NCBI GenBank assembly: GCA_013239625.1
Contig: MU054323.1
Coordinates: forward strand, 9,765,186-9,829,185
From: Lama guanicoe
Lineage: Eukaryota
Direction of reading: 5' to 3'
Length of the DNA: 64,000 nucleotides
Shown here: positions 1-12,978 of the stretch, in pieces
How the letters are laid out: every line of letters starts with the position of its first letter
Position numbering within the stretch: the first letter of the stretch is position 1
Translations under genes and position numbers: made by a program
Notes under the pieces: generated by a model
The model's database searches: none
What the model was told of the DNA's origin: nothing
The model's input: the letters and a program-made list of their open reading frames with translations, nothing else

Positions 1-150
1 TCAAGGGTGTTTGTGTTCTCAAAAGAGCTGGGTCAGCCCACCTGTCGAGGGAGATGGGGACGGGGACGCTGCCACCACCCCCACCCTTGCCCCACCGGTC
101 ACCTGGCATCCCAGGGCCTGTGTTCAATGCACCCACGCGTCTGTCTCCAG

Positions 151-255
151 AGCAGCATGCGCGAGCTGGTGGAGTCCGGTCGCTACGACACACGGGAGGA
201 CTTCTCCGTGGTGCTGCAGCCCTTCTTCCACAGCATTCGGCTTCCCGTCCTGGCG
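151..255 (+). CDS. PLB1: PLB1 coding exon (repeat III), [35 protein letters not shown]; the gene starts upstream of the window
   Basis: ctgtctccag| acceptor, |gtacg donor, 105 nt, phase 0/0; EDFxVVxQPFF motif typical of PLB1 repeats. Confidence 0.95.
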
Positions 256-454
256 GTACGCTCCCTGCACCCCCCCGCCAGGGCTCCCAAAGGGAAGAGG
301 AAGTTCAAGGCAGAAATGCCAAGTGCCTCTGTGAGAGTGGGAACGAACGGGCTAGACCCAGGCAGGTGTCCAGCTGCTGGGCTGGGGGGCGCAGCGTCCT
401 TGAACTGCGTTCCCAGAGGCAGTCCACTGTGAGATGTGCTCCTGACCACTCATA

Positions 455-650
455 GCAGCTTCCACTTTACTGAGCACCTACTATGTGCTGGGCACTGTGC
501 ATCCCATACATAAAATCGGCACAGCCACCCTTTTGAGGTGAGCTTTATCATTCCCACACACCAGAGGCTCAGAGACGTGAAACGTCCTTCCTAAAATCAT
601 ACAGGAAATAAGGAACAGAGAGGCAAGATTTGAACACGTCTGACTCCAGA
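455..650 (-). mobile_element. MIR SINE fragment
   Basis: tactgagcacctactatgtg...gaggctcagagacgtgaa...gatttgaac...tctgactccaga matches the reverse-complement MIR core. Confidence 0.7.
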
Positions 651-1235
651 CAGTTCTCTTTCTGCCCCCCACACACTGCTGCAGCTACAAAGGAGAGTGG
701 TGTTTCCGCCTGGCCACACTGTCCACCTGCCACTTCCACTCTGAGCAGAAGAGCTCTGTGCATGGGCCAGGATGGGCCTCAGCTGTGTCCACCTGGGCCT
801 CCATCCCAAAGGCCTCACCTACATGGAGGGAAGCTGGAAGAAGCTTTGAGCACCTAGGCTTTGCCCAGGCCTGCCCAAGGCTCGGCCCTCCTTTCCCCAC
901 CGAGACCGCTGGGAGCGGCTGGCCAAGGGCTGGGACATAGTCTATCCCAGCTGGCCGGCCAAGGCTTCCCCAGGGCCTACGCTTTCAGTCCCTCCACCAT
1001 AGCACAAGTTACATAGATGTGCCTAAAAACAAACGCAGCACTTTAAAAATTAACGGTGGGGAATTGTGGGGCCAGAAAGAAGGTTGGGGGCCCTGTAGGA
1101 AGCCAAAGGCTGGGAGTACCCCGAGGGGGCGGAGGGTGTTGAGAGGTCAACCCCAGGGGTCAGACCACCAGCTGAGGCCTGCTTTCCACCCTCTGCACTG
1201 GTGGGAACTTAAGGACATCTGTTTCTCTCCTTCAG

Positions 1236-1331
1236 GATGGGCACCTGGATATGTCCTTCTTCGCTCCAGACTGCCTCCACCCAAGTCAGAAATTCCACTC
1301 CCAGCTCTCCAGAGCCCTTTGGGTCAATATG
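1236..1331 (+). CDS. PLB1: PLB1 exon, [32 protein letters not shown] (repeat III block V DxxH)
   Basis: ctccttcag| acceptor, |gtaaaa donor, 96 nt, in frame with the previous exon. Confidence 0.95.
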
Positions 1332-1888
1332 GTAAAATAAGCAGGGTGCCCAGGTTCTCTGGGGTTCGAGTCTAGAGCAAAGCGCCAGCCCTCTATGGAA
1401 TCAGTCTTGTTCTTGGACTCCCTTTGCAAGCAAGGTGCAGGGGAGTGGGGGCTGGCACGTGTGTAGATGTCTATAGCATTGAAAACATGGAGTCCTTGAG
1501 ATTTCTGAATCAACTGCATCCTCTCCCTTGGGCTTTGAACTGTGATGAGGGATTCTTGCCATGAATGCAAGGCAGAACCCTCCCATATATTCAATATTTT
1601 CTCTCTGCCAGCAACTGTGCTAGGCAGTTAAAGCCATGTTGTCTCATTAAAGCTGCTCAACAGCTCTGCCAAAGAAGTCTTATGGGTTTATGAGGAAATG
1701 AATCTGACAGAAGCTAAGTGACTTGCCCAATATCCCACAGCTGGGGACTGATAGAGCCAGGAGCGGAGGCCCAGCCCCCCTGAAATCCAGTTCTGAGCTC
1801 TCCCCACTGCAGGGTGCACTGCGGGGGGATGCCCCCTCCAGAAGAAACAAATGAGAACACCCGCGTCTCTCTCTTCCTCCCCAATCAG

Positions 1889-1960
1889 CTTGAACCACCA
1901 GGAAGGAAAACTGATACCCTGGACCTGACGGTGGATATACCCCTCTCCTGCCCCACTCAG
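1889..1960 (+). CDS. PLB1: PLB1 exon, LEPPGRKTDTLDLTVDIPLSCPTQ
   Basis: Pyrimidine tract plus aatcag| acceptor, CAG|gtaata donor, 72 nt. Confidence 0.93.
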
Positions 1961-4900
1961 GTAATAAGGGTGGGGGCTGCCTTGCTGTCCTCCAGAAGCC
2001 CGGAGCTCAGACCCTGCCCTCTCCCCTTCACCCCCCATCTCCCTCCCTTTATCCCCCACCCCAGCTTTTCTGTTGCCCATCTTGCCCCTTGGATGGACTT
2101 CGGAGGATGGAAGTGGATGAGAATGGGGGAGAAGAGGGCGCAGAAGCACTTATTTCTTTGGAAAGGGGAGTCCCAGGTAGGGGAGGGGGCCTGGTCCCGG
2201 CAGAGGGAGAAGACTGGGTGAGAGATGAGGGTTCTTGAGAAAGGAAGTTACGAAGCTGAGAGGATGGCAGGACCACACCTCTCAGCAGGGACAAGTGAGA
2301 CAGACGGGAAGCTCTGACTGCAGACTGGAGGCTAGGAGAAGCTGCGGCTCATGGTCGTGGTCATGGTAGTGGAGCCTGGATCAGGAGGGTCCAGCAGGGA
2401 GAGGGTCAAAGAGCAAAGCCCTGGAGCCACTGAGGGGAGGGGCAGGTAGGACTGGCCTTGTGAGGACTGGGGTGAGGCTCAGCCCGGGGCTCCTTTTAAG
2501 GAGGAAAGTGTAAGTGGTTGTGTTAAACCTGATTTCAGGCCTGGGGGTGGGGCAGGTACACGTTCCCACTGCCTTCAGCTCCCTTTTCTGCCCCTTGTCT
2601 TATGGCTTTTTAACCAAATAAGGTTGAGATCAGGGAGCCCTCAGCGGTAATAAAAGCAGGGTGGCCTGGCCCAGTCTGGGAGGCTCTCCCACCTCCTGGC
2701 TGAGCAGGGAGTGGACCTGCAGCTCCCCGGCTGTCTGCCAGGGCCCCAAAGGAGGTGGGCACCTGTGCTTGGACCCGTGTCCTCTGTCTGCTGCCTCCCT
2801 TTCCCCAGTCTCAGGCCCAGGCTCAGCTTTGTGCACCTTTAGCCTCATCAGGAGAGCAAGATCCATGGGAAGAAGGGACACAAAAGTGAAGGCAGTGGCA
2901 GCAGAGGGCTCAGATGCTGGGTCCGGTGCTTGGAGCAAGGAGATAGTCAAGTGATGGAACAGTCAGTGCAGCCTGGGTGCCTCCAGTCCAGATGGTCAGA
3001 TGCTGGCGCGAGGGGTGGGGCAAGGTCCTGGAGGGCCCCATCATGCCAGCTGTAAACCCTGTAATTGCTGGATCCTAGACATGTCCAGCAGGTTCTACGG
3101 GAGGGGCCAGGCAACCCTGGTAGTAGAGGCATGTGAGGGCTCAGAGCAGAGGCTGTAAACCATTCAGGGGGCAACCTTCAACATTTTACCAACCCACATG
3201 GCCATACTGAACATCAGCCATGGAAAACCCTCTCCAATCTGCCGATTGCCCTTTCACTAGATAGGTAAAAGAACAACAACACATTCCAGGGAGCCGTCAC
3301 TTGCTCTCCCTCCCTACAAATATCTATTAAGTACCAGATTGGAGCCTAGGCACTGGGTTAGGTAGAGCCCTGTCACCGCGGGCCTCAAGGTGGCCGGTGC
3401 CATTCCTTGCCCCAGACCAGGCAAGGAGCCCCCAGAGTCTCCTACTTCACCCAGAATCTCAAGGCACAGCCAGCTCCGCTCCTCCTTCTGGACAGAGCCT
3501 GACTGAGCCACCGTGAGCAGAGGAGAGCAAATCCAGCCTCCTAGAACTGCAGAAGCCCAGCCTGGGAGAAGTGTTGCCAGGCAACCCCAGAGCCCATTCC
3601 AAAAGAATCCATCTGTTGGCCAGCCCGACTTCACCGCACCAGGCAACGTAGAATTCTGCGTTCCGCAGGTCCCATCTGCTCCATCCCGTGTGCCTTGGAG
3701 CTATATAAAAGTCCACCAGCATCTCAGTGTGAGCTGACAGGGGCCAGGCAGCATGTATTTTAATCCTAGCCATGTCTAAACATAGAGGCAACAGGCAGGA
3801 CCCAGTGAGGAGGAGGGGGCTGAGATGAATGCAGCCTCCTCCCCGCTCCTCCCCCAGCCCCAATCAGCTGCAGGTGCCTTGTGCCCCGCCAGGTTGGGCA
3901 CTTAGCAGCACTCTGTGGCTTGCTGTTAGACTTTCAGGTGGGACACATGATTTCACAGCCAACTTTTGATTAGTCTCTGTGGACAGTGACTATTGTCCCC
4001 TTCTGGTCTTCATCACCTCTCTGCCCCCTCCTTCCCTAGCTCAGGGCAGCTGGCTTGGCTTTCCCTCAGGCTTGGAGGAGAGCTCTCAGTTTTCTTGCCC
4101 TCTCGAAGCATTTGTCAGAGTTAGCCACCTCCTCCATGAAATTCATTCCTCCCTGCATTCACGGATGCAAAACCACCTTGATCGGTCTGTTTTTCCAGTT
4201 GCTGCCCTCTGTCATCTATTTTAATGACCCTCCTTCCTTTCTCCCAGCCTCCAAAATGTGGCCCTTCTCCAGCTTTCATGTCTCAGGCTGATTCGCTTTT
4301 CACTTTCTCCACACTCAGAGGTTTGTCCATTTCCAGGGTTTCCTGTTAAATTTCTTTGCCTAGGATCCCCAAGCTGTGTCTTCACTTCTTCCTTCTTTCC
4401 CAGACTACAGCTCTATTTCTAACCCTTAAGAGATCTTTGCCCCCAGATGCCCTCCATGGTGTGAGGTTGCCCAGAAATCAGGTTAAATGTATGATCAGGG
4501 GACCAGCAAAATGGAGGAACCAGAGGGAGACACAGACGGAGAAAAACTGAAATAATTTCAAGTGACATTTCATCCAGCCTTTTGTGAAAAAGCCGAGGCT
4601 TGTTGGATTCCCGGACACTTACTTGATTGTTTAGCAGTGTTTCTATTCTGAATGACATGTGGGGGACTCTTTTCTTAAGAATGCATTGGACTTCTAAATC
4701 TCTCAGTCCTGCCCTGCCCCCACCATCATCTCAACCTCAACAAACATTCATTCAAAAGATAATTTTTGAGTAAGAATGCCAAAACAGGAATGAAAAGTTT
4801 GTCTTCCCAAACTCTCCGATCCTTAGGACTTCCTGCCTCTGTTAGCGCTGCTGTGGTTGTCACAGTTCCGCAGGCTTAAAACGTCAGGCACCCTGTCTGA

Positions 4901-5252
4901 TAGGATTCTTCCTAGTGCTGTTCCAGTGCCTCCCCCTTCCTAGTGCCACGGCCACCACCCCAGTGCGTGTCCTCATCACATTATGTGTTAAAGGCTATCT
5001 GCTCCTTCCCATCATAAAGCAACAGCGAATTATATAACCTTAGGGTCTCAGTGGGGAGGGCCTTGGTGTCCTGTTGATGCAATCTCTCATATAATAACTG
5101 AATTATTCTATCTCATCCCTCCCAAGGCAAGTAGAGGCTATGGCCTTTACTGACACTTCCACACACTCAAGGCAGTACTTTTCTAACAGCCAAGCGGCTA
5201 CCTGTTAACAAGCTGTGAAATCAGCCTATTAGGTCATGTTTGGGTTGGGCTG

Positions 5253-5482
5253 ATGGGTGGGATAGGATGGGATGGGACAGGATAGGATGATGGGATGGGA
5301 TAGGATGATGGGATGATGGGATGGGATGGGTTGGGATGATAGGATGGGATGGGATGATAGAGTGGGATGGGATGATGGAATGGGATGGGAGGATAGGATG
5401 ATGGGATGATGGAATGGGATGGGATGATAGGATGGGACAGGACAGGATGATGGGATGGGAGGATGGGATGACAAGATGGGAG
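5253..5482. repeat. (GGGAT/GATG)n degenerate simple repeat, about 230 bp
   Basis: Visible tandem gggat/ggatg/gata units. Confidence 0.95.
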
Positions 5483-8099
5483 GCACAGAAACGTCAGAGG
5501 GGATTCCACGTAGTGCTGCTATGTCCTCCTCTGTTTTACCAGTACCGGCTTTCTCTGAGTCTTCTCCTTAGTTCCTTCAACCATTTATGGCAGACAAGTG
5601 TTCCAAACGTGCCGCAGGTAGTAGGTGTGTCTCCATGGAACACTCCCCCCCCCCGAAGTTGGTGCCCAGGCCTGACGGTACACATCTATCTGGTTGGGTC
5701 TGAGCAGTACAGAACAGAAGAAAACCACCTCTCATTCGCTGTGGAACTTTACACCTAGTAACACAGCCAAGAGGAACATGACCTTTTCCTGAAGCCACTG
5801 ACTCACGTTGCTGACTCACGTCAGGGCAGGCCACCCCATCTTTGCACGGCTATAACTAGGGCACTTCCTCATGCTGGCGTTCAGTCGGCTTCACTTTCTA
5901 CTTACTGCTGTTACGAACCCAGCCTAGGAGAGCCAATCAGACTAAACGGAATCCCTCTTCCCTCTGCTCAGCTCCAGGCCTTTAAACCACTCTGACTCAT
6001 GCACGCACAATGCGGTCAATGGTCCATAAAACAGGCCCCGGGCACCCCAGGCCGCCTGTCTGCCTCGGCACTGGACCTATTCTCACCATTCCTGCTCTGG
6101 CCTCATTCCCCACCACATTCCAGCACCTCTGACCCCTTAGTTCCATCTCCCCTCTCTGTCCCCTCCCTCAACCCTTGGACCACATAATCAAACAGACTCT
6201 CCAGTTTGACTTCCAGCAAGTCCAGAAGAGCAGGGGAAGCCTTTGCCCTCTGGTTTCTGCCTTTGCTTGCCACTCTGGGACTAGCTTCAGCCCCCAGGCC
6301 CTCTGCCCAGCCAGGACTCCCATGAAGTGGGTGGAGAACAATCATTAGTGACCCACCTCCCACCGAGTCTTGTCTTTGAGGATCACACATCCCCAGCTCT
6401 TGCAACTGTTCCTCAGCAATTACTGCACTTACTAGACACACTGTGCTTTGATGCTTCACTGCCTAATGCTTCTCGTGTTCTCTGACTGGGTTGTAAGCCT
6501 CTGGATCCTCTCCTCATTCCTGACACCTAGAACAGTGCTCTGAACACATGGGGTGCTCCACAGAGGTGGGTGAGCTCTTTATTGGGTGCTCCCAGGTGGC
6601 CCTCATCTGATGGTGAATGCTCGGGGGACACTGAATAACATGAGCTGGAGACAAGCTTCGTTAGCCATGGTGACCTGCCACTGTAAGCTCTCTCTTGCTT
6701 TGTACTGTGGCGGACAGTCCAGGGCACACTTCCTCCTTGGCTGAGTGTGCCGGTGGCCCAGGTTTCAATTAGGAATCCCAAGACTCAGAAGGAAGGATTG
6801 ACGTGTAGCACCCCAGGGAGCCAGGGTCTGTGCTGAGGGCCAGGAGTTTTGTGCAGGTAGGTTCCATCCTCCAAGGGGACTGCTGAGTCCTTCTCTTCCT
6901 GTTTCATTGGCCTGACTCCCGTGTGAGGAATGGACCCAGGCCATTCCAATCACGAAGGCCTGCCCAGCTCTGCACTCACTACCTGGAACAGGTGCCTTCT
7001 CCACCCTGCGCCTCGGTAGAGTGGAGCGATCAGGGGTTGCCGACTCAGATGCAGTGCCAGGCAGGAACACGATCCCGTGAACAGGATCAAGTCTGGGACA
7101 AGAGGAGGTGGTAGGGCCAGATCTGAAGGGCATGCACCCCTCCTAAAGGTACTGAGTCGTCTTCCTCTCTCCTCCCCCTTCTCCTCCTCCTCTTTTTAAA
7201 ATGCCATTCAGGCCAAAATAAAGCAGAACAGAACAAAACATCTCCTGGCTGGGTTCATCCCATGGGCAGTCAGCTTTCAACCCCTGGACCAGATCTCCAA
7301 TGCCCTCTTCTCCAGCTTTCTGGTTCTTCCCACTTTTTCCATAGTATTCCCAAATTGTCAGACCAGGGCCCTTCTACCCCAGCCAGCACATCTTGTGAAG
7401 GTGTTGACAGCCCTGGGCCTTTGAGTGTTGCCTGATCTCCATCTTATAAACTTGTTCTTGCTTCACTGTCAGTTCTACATTTTCTTATAATCTGCTTCCC
7501 TCCACCATTTCTTCTTTGTCCACTTCCATCTTTGTTCTTTGATTAACTCATCACCCGGCACTGAAAAGACTTGGATTCTTGGCTGGGCTTGTGTGACACT
7601 GATGGTGAGATAAATGGGTGAGCAGGATGGGAACAAAAACACGACCCAAATATGGAAACCAATCCACAGGGCGTGAGACACAGAGTTAAAGGGAGGCAAT
7701 AATATAATAATAGCAACAGATGTTAAAATATATTGATCACTGTAACATTTTGTGGAGAAGAAAAAATACTATAATGTGACTCTCCTGCCAGAGAAATTAC
7801 AAAGGGAAGAAAATCATTCTGAGGGAGGTGTTCAATCATCAGGGTGAAAACAAAAGCACAGAACCCTGAATAGAACATGTGTGGAACCCTTTTTAGACAT
7901 TTTCTTGTGCATCCTTTGCTGAAGCTGTTATGTAAAACCCTCTTGGGGGGTGAATGAAATTCTGTTTATATAGTTCTTTCTATTTAAATGCAGGAGAATA
8001 GCATTAAGTAAGTCTAGAGGGCAGGGTTGTTAGTACTTATTGTTTCCTAAGCAATCTTCAAGGCTGTCAGATAACCTCTCCCTCTGTTTTCTCTCACAG

Positions 8100-8165
8100 A
8101 ATGAGCCCTTCCTGAGAACCCCCCGGAACAGTAACTACACGTACCCCACCGAGCCAGCCACGGAG
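8100..8165 (+). CDS. PLB1: PLB1 exon, NEPFLRTPRNSNYTYPTEPATE (repeat III/IV linker)
   Basis: ctctcacag| acceptor, GAG|gtaacc donor, 66 nt; PFLRTxRNS motif. Confidence 0.92.
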
Positions 8166-8754
8166 GTAACCCCTGAAGCACATCTCCCTCTCAGGGATAA
8201 AGCGCTTCCACCTCCCAGCAACACGGGGTGTCGTGTGGCTTTCAGAGAGTTAGCTTAAGCAGAAATGTACCTGACTTACATGCTGGAAATTGGAATGTGA
8301 AAAAAGTATTCCTGAACCACACAGTCCCAGGATTGTCCTAACATGTTCTCAAGTGCTTACTTGATGTCAGCGACCAACTAGAGGAAGTGCAATTTTCTTT
8401 GACCTTTGCATAGACATTGTCTCTGATTAGGCAGCTCAACCTTTCAAGAAGGGAGGAGGGGGAGGCAGTGGGTATGATGCACCATCGATTTCCTGTAAGG
8501 TGGAAACCGAGTGGGAAGAACCTCAGTTCCAGGGGCTGAGCCCAACAGGAAGCTGACGCATAGCCACGTGGATCTCCAGGGCTTGTTGGGTTCAAGTCAG
8601 TCAATCCAGCTCTGAGGATTCAGGGCCCATGGCTTTAGGGATGGCTACTCCAAAGATGGCCTCGAGGATCCTGGACCACACTAGCCTCACAGGACAGGTC
8701 TGGTCCAGACCACGTCTGTCGGCCACCAGGTTGGGGGCTCAACCACCAGTGTCA

Positions 8755-10150
8755 GTTGAGCACCTATGGTTTGTTTTGTATTGTGCTAGGGACCAGAGGG
8801 CATTCAGAGAAATATGAGACATGGTCCTGCCCTTGGGAGTTAGAAGTTATTCCATACTGGGCACCTACTATGTGCCAGGCACTGTTTCGGGAAGCTAGAG
8901 CAGTAGACCAGACAGACGCATCCCACCCCTCATGTGTTACCGATCTCAGGTTTGACTGCTCACCACTCGAAAGCCAGTATTTGAGGGGCAAATGTTGGTA
9001 GGAAAGGAAAGGCTTTTTTATGTTGGAGGCTGACAATGAGGGGAGAAGGTGGACTCATGTCCAACTCCCCACTGCTGATCAGGGAGTAGGGGAGTTTTGA
9101 GGTGTATAGGTGGAGGGAGGGGGCTATGTGCAGAGCAGCAGTCAGCTCTGACAGTCATCTTGACGTTGGTCATGCAGTGGTCTGATCAGCACCATCTTGA
9201 TCATTTTAAGAACAGGTAACCTTCAGTTCCAGGGTCGGTTTGTTCCCATTTCTTTGAGGCCAGTTCTTGGAATTGTGTCATGGCTACAGTCAGGACATCA
9301 TGCTAACTTTCTTCCACCTGGTAGGGGTTTCAATATCTACAAAACAGCTCAAAGGATATGGTTCAGAATATTATTTATAGTCCTTGAGGAGGAACTAACA
9401 GTCCTTGACTTTGCTTGATGACTAAACTGTTATTTTGTCCTGTTTGACTGCTTTCCCTTTGTTTCTGCATTTTCTCATTTCTCTGATTAAATTAATTCTT
9501 TAAAGATTTTCTGCAGACAAGAGACAGGTGGAGGACATGGTGGGGCAGGGGGTCCTGTCCTGGGAAGGTCCCGCAGGGTCTTGCTCCATTACACCTGGAG
9601 TTTACAGTCTCCTGGAGGAGGCATCCAGTAGACAGCTAAGCATGACCATTTCAGATAGTGATGACAGCTCTGAGGAAGGTGACGCAAGAAAGTGGGATGG
9701 GCAAGCGAGGGTGGCACATTCTGATGAGCCATGCAGGCCACACCTGTCTGAGGAGGGGAGATTCGAGCTGGGACATGTATGAGGAAAAGCTGCCAGCCAT
9801 CTGGAGAGCCAGCAACAGAGGCCCAGGCAAGACCAGGGATTGCAAAGGCTCAGAAGCAGGACTGACTTGAGTGCATTTGAGGAGAGAAGGAAGGCAGCAT
9901 GGCGGCGGGCATGTGAATAAGGTGGAGAGTGGGATCACGAGACCAGAGGTGGTGTCAAGGGCCAGAACATACAGAATCTGAATCCCTAAGTAAGAAAGAT
10001 GGATTTCTGGGGGGACACAGGTGGGAAGCTATTGGAGGTTCTAGGAGAAGGTAACATAATCTGTGTCATATTTTTAAAAGATCTCCCTGACTAGTGTGGA
10101 AAATGGATTGAGGAACAGCAAGAATGATGGAAGAAAGACCTTTTAGAAGC
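8755..10150 (-). mobile_element. L2 LINE remnant(s), interrupted by the LTR at 8935-9593
   Basis: ttgagcacctatg.., gggcacctactatgtgccaggcactg, ggaagctattggaggttctag..., tttttaaaagatctccctgact are typical L2 3'-region motifs. Confidence 0.7.
8935..9593 (-). mobile_element. Solo class I ERV LTR (MER41-like), 659 bp, inserted into an L2 remnant
   Basis: TG...CA termini (tgttac...attaca); 4-bp TSD catg/cctg; the flanks rejoin into L2-like cccacccctcatggagtttacagtct; family name from recalled similarity to artiodactyl MER41-type LTRs. Confidence 0.8.
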
Positions 10151-10613
10151 CAGCTGAAGCACTGAGACTCACTCACATGAAATTATGGATGAAATGTTAG
10201 CTGCTAAGCTCTGGGGCATGAGCTCATGTGGAACCTCTTATTAAAGGCATCCACACCCGTGTCCCTTGGGAGGCCACCTGTAGCATGACTTCAGTGTTTC
10301 CTCCCCTGCTCTGGGATGACTGCGGGCCCCATTTAAGAGCATAGATAACTCAAGATGGGAAAGACCGTGAGTGTGCACATGCGTGCCCACGTGTTACGTG
10401 CTTTGTGCATAGAAATAGACAGACGCCCATTTCCTCCTCTCTAGTTTCTCTCTTGCTCCATCCAAACCTCACAGCTCCTCACCTCACGTGACCCCCTGCA
10501 GTGGCATAGCTCTAGCCTCCACCATGAATTCCTTAGCTAGTTCTTCTTGGGCTGAAGCTACCCTTCCTGCCCAGTGAGTGTCAAGTGATGTGTCTTTCCT
10601 CCTGTTGATTTAG

Positions 10614-10674
10614 AACTGGGGCAGTGACCTCCTGTGTGCTGAGTGGGATCCTTCCAACAGTGTCCCTACATCAG
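10614..10674 (+). CDS. PLB1: PLB1 exon, NWGSDLLCAEWDPSNSVPTS(V)
   Basis: gatttag| acceptor, CAG|gtgagt donor, 61 nt, ends phase 1. Confidence 0.92.
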
Positions 10675-11225
10675 GTGAGTGAAGACACCATCATCCCCTT
10701 CAATCAAGGGCCTTGCTAAGCATCAGGTTGGCGGGAGACCCTATAAACACACCTTGGAGGCTTGAGCAGGTCTTGCTGACTCCCATGCAACGCAGACCCA
10801 GAACCCGGGCAGCCCATGACAGGCTGGCCCACAAACAAGCCTCTGCTGGGCGCCCAGAAGCCACACTTGTCCCCTCTACTTTGTCTCAGTAGCAGCCCCC
10901 CCCAGCCTCCCTGTCTGCTGAGGTAGGTTCAGTCAGGATTGGGGTCCTCTGCCTATGCTCATGACCCTGCTGCTGGAGGTTTCCTGGACCACTCTAGCGT
11001 GAGCTGAGCTCCTCTCAGGATGCACAAGAGCCATCAAGTCCATTGCCTTCAGTGCCTTGGTTGCTCCGAATGGATGGAAGAGGCAGAGTTCTTAAGGCCT
11101 TAGGCTGGAAATAAGTGTAATGGGGACCTGTGGGGTGAGGGCAGAATCTCAGGCTCCTAATCACGTTTATAGTTTAAAAAGGAAGACCTCCGCTGACCAC
11201 CAACGTTTTTTGCCTGTCTCCCTAG

Positions 11226-11284
11226 TCCATGAGCTTCGACCCGCGGATATCAAAGTGGTGGCCGCCCTGGGTGACTCGCTGACT
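11226..11284 (+). CDS. PLB1: PLB1 exon, (V)HELRPADIKVVAALGDSLT, with the GDSL nucleophile motif of repeat IV
   Basis: ccctag| acceptor, |gtgagt donor, 59 nt, GDSLT motif. Confidence 0.96.
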
Positions 11285-12277
11285 GTGAGTATTTTGCTGA
11301 GCCAGGCATGAGAACCCCAGCACCCAGCCAGGCCCTGGGCAGAATCAGCTCTTCCTCCTCATTGGCTCTGTGTTCAGCATTTAGCTGACACTGTTGAGGA
11401 CATACCTGTATCTGGCACTGAAATACAGCTGGGCAGCCGTGGGACATCACCAGGGCAATCTAGAATGCCCTGCCCTCCACCCTTCCACAGCCCGGCTCAG
11501 ATGCCACCTCTTCCATGAGCCCTCCTCTCCATCCCCAGAAAGCAGCTGCCCATCCTTCCTCCCCCACTGCTCCCAAGCAGTTCATCTGTGTGTGTTAGGT
11601 ACTGACTCAGGTCTGCCTGCCTCTACCAGGGAACTCATCTCCATCACCCAGACTCCCAGGGTAGTGGTTCTTACACACTGCCCAGTATCCCCTCACCCCA
11701 TTTAAAGATGTGTTCTTGGGGGCAGAGGGAGCCCAGTTCCTGCACACAGCACGGTTTCGCTAAAGGAATTGTATTGGCCAACATTTCAGCTATTGCTGTG
11801 TGTGAGACACTCTGCTAGCAATTCTGAGAAAAAGGAAGTGTAAGACATAGTCTTAACCCTCTAGGAACTTGTCCATCTAGGAAAAGAAGAAATTTACACA
11901 GAAGGAGATGCATAATCATAGAGGTGACGAACAGGAATTCTGAAATCGGGCATTTTTTCTGTAAAAAAAACAACCTCCCCATATGTGTGTGAGTGTGTTT
12001 TAATTTGGGTGTGAACATGGGGAAAGCTGTGGAAGGATGTACACCAGGCTCTTAACCATTAACTGGCTCTGGTGGTGTGTAAATGTGGACCAGGGGTCAG
12101 AAGAGTATGTTGAATCTGTGTGCAGGAGGCAAGATGATTGAGGTTAAGATAGGGGTACAGTATTAATTTTTAAAAGTCTTTGTATCATTTCACTAGCTAT
12201 GGTGAACATGGATTACTTTTACAAGTCTCAAAGAGGATTTTCTCTTTTTTTAAGAGAGGGCATTTAGAGAAAGCTTT

Positions 12278-12628
12278 ATGGAGGAGGTGGCCACTGACAA
12301 AGGTCTTAGAGAATGAATCAGAGAGTTAAGGACTGGAAAGAAGAGTTCGGCGCTCTTGGAGGGGATGCTGTGGCTGGTGATAGGCTGGTCCAGGGCCCTC
12401 ATGCTTCACATCGACTTGCTTAGACCTGGAGGTTTGTGTGGACAGGAAAGGAGGGGGCGAATGAGGACAGGAAATTGGAAACCAGATCACAGAGAGCTCA
12501 GCACACTGGGGAAGGGGTTTGGCTTTGACCCTGTGGATTAGGGAGACCTGCCGAAAAGTCAGAGTCGCGGTAGATGTGAAGGAACAGGTGTGCAGGAAGA
12601 GCAGGCGGGCAGCCTGACGAGAAGGGAG
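12278..12628 (+). repeat. Intronic direct repeat, copy 1 (inferred donor), within an L2-like remnant
   Basis: About 350 bp nearly identical (roughly 90% by eye) to 13874-14227. Confidence 0.95.
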
Positions 12629-12978
12629 GAGATGCTGGAGACTGGGGTTGGGTAAGAGGCCAGAGCTGTCCCTGGTGAGGGGATAGGAGTCTCACCTGAG
12701 GAATATGGTACAGGGAATACGAAGGAAGAGATGGGTGCCCGAGAGGCTGGGCAGGAGGAATCTTGTTCTTCCATGACTTGGTTACTGGTTGTGTGTAGAG
12801 AGGACTGGAGAGTCAAAATGAATCAGAGATTAAGTGGCCTGGAGAAAAGCTGGTACCAAGTTCAGAAAAGGTAAATCCAGGTCCCAGCTGCTACACCAGG
12901 GCAAGAGGGGCCCTCCCCAGTGCCCCCAGCCTGCACCTGAGCCCAGCTCAGTTCTGGAGCCTTCTCTTTGCCTTTCAG

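Noticed and set aside
3702..3711. Canonical TATATAAAAG in an intron as an internal promoter
   Set aside because: Single short motif with no supporting CpG island or convincing downstream exon
5229..5758. Pro/Ser/His-rich and Gly/Trp/Asp-rich ORFs
   Set aside because: Translations of the (GGGAT)n simple repeat
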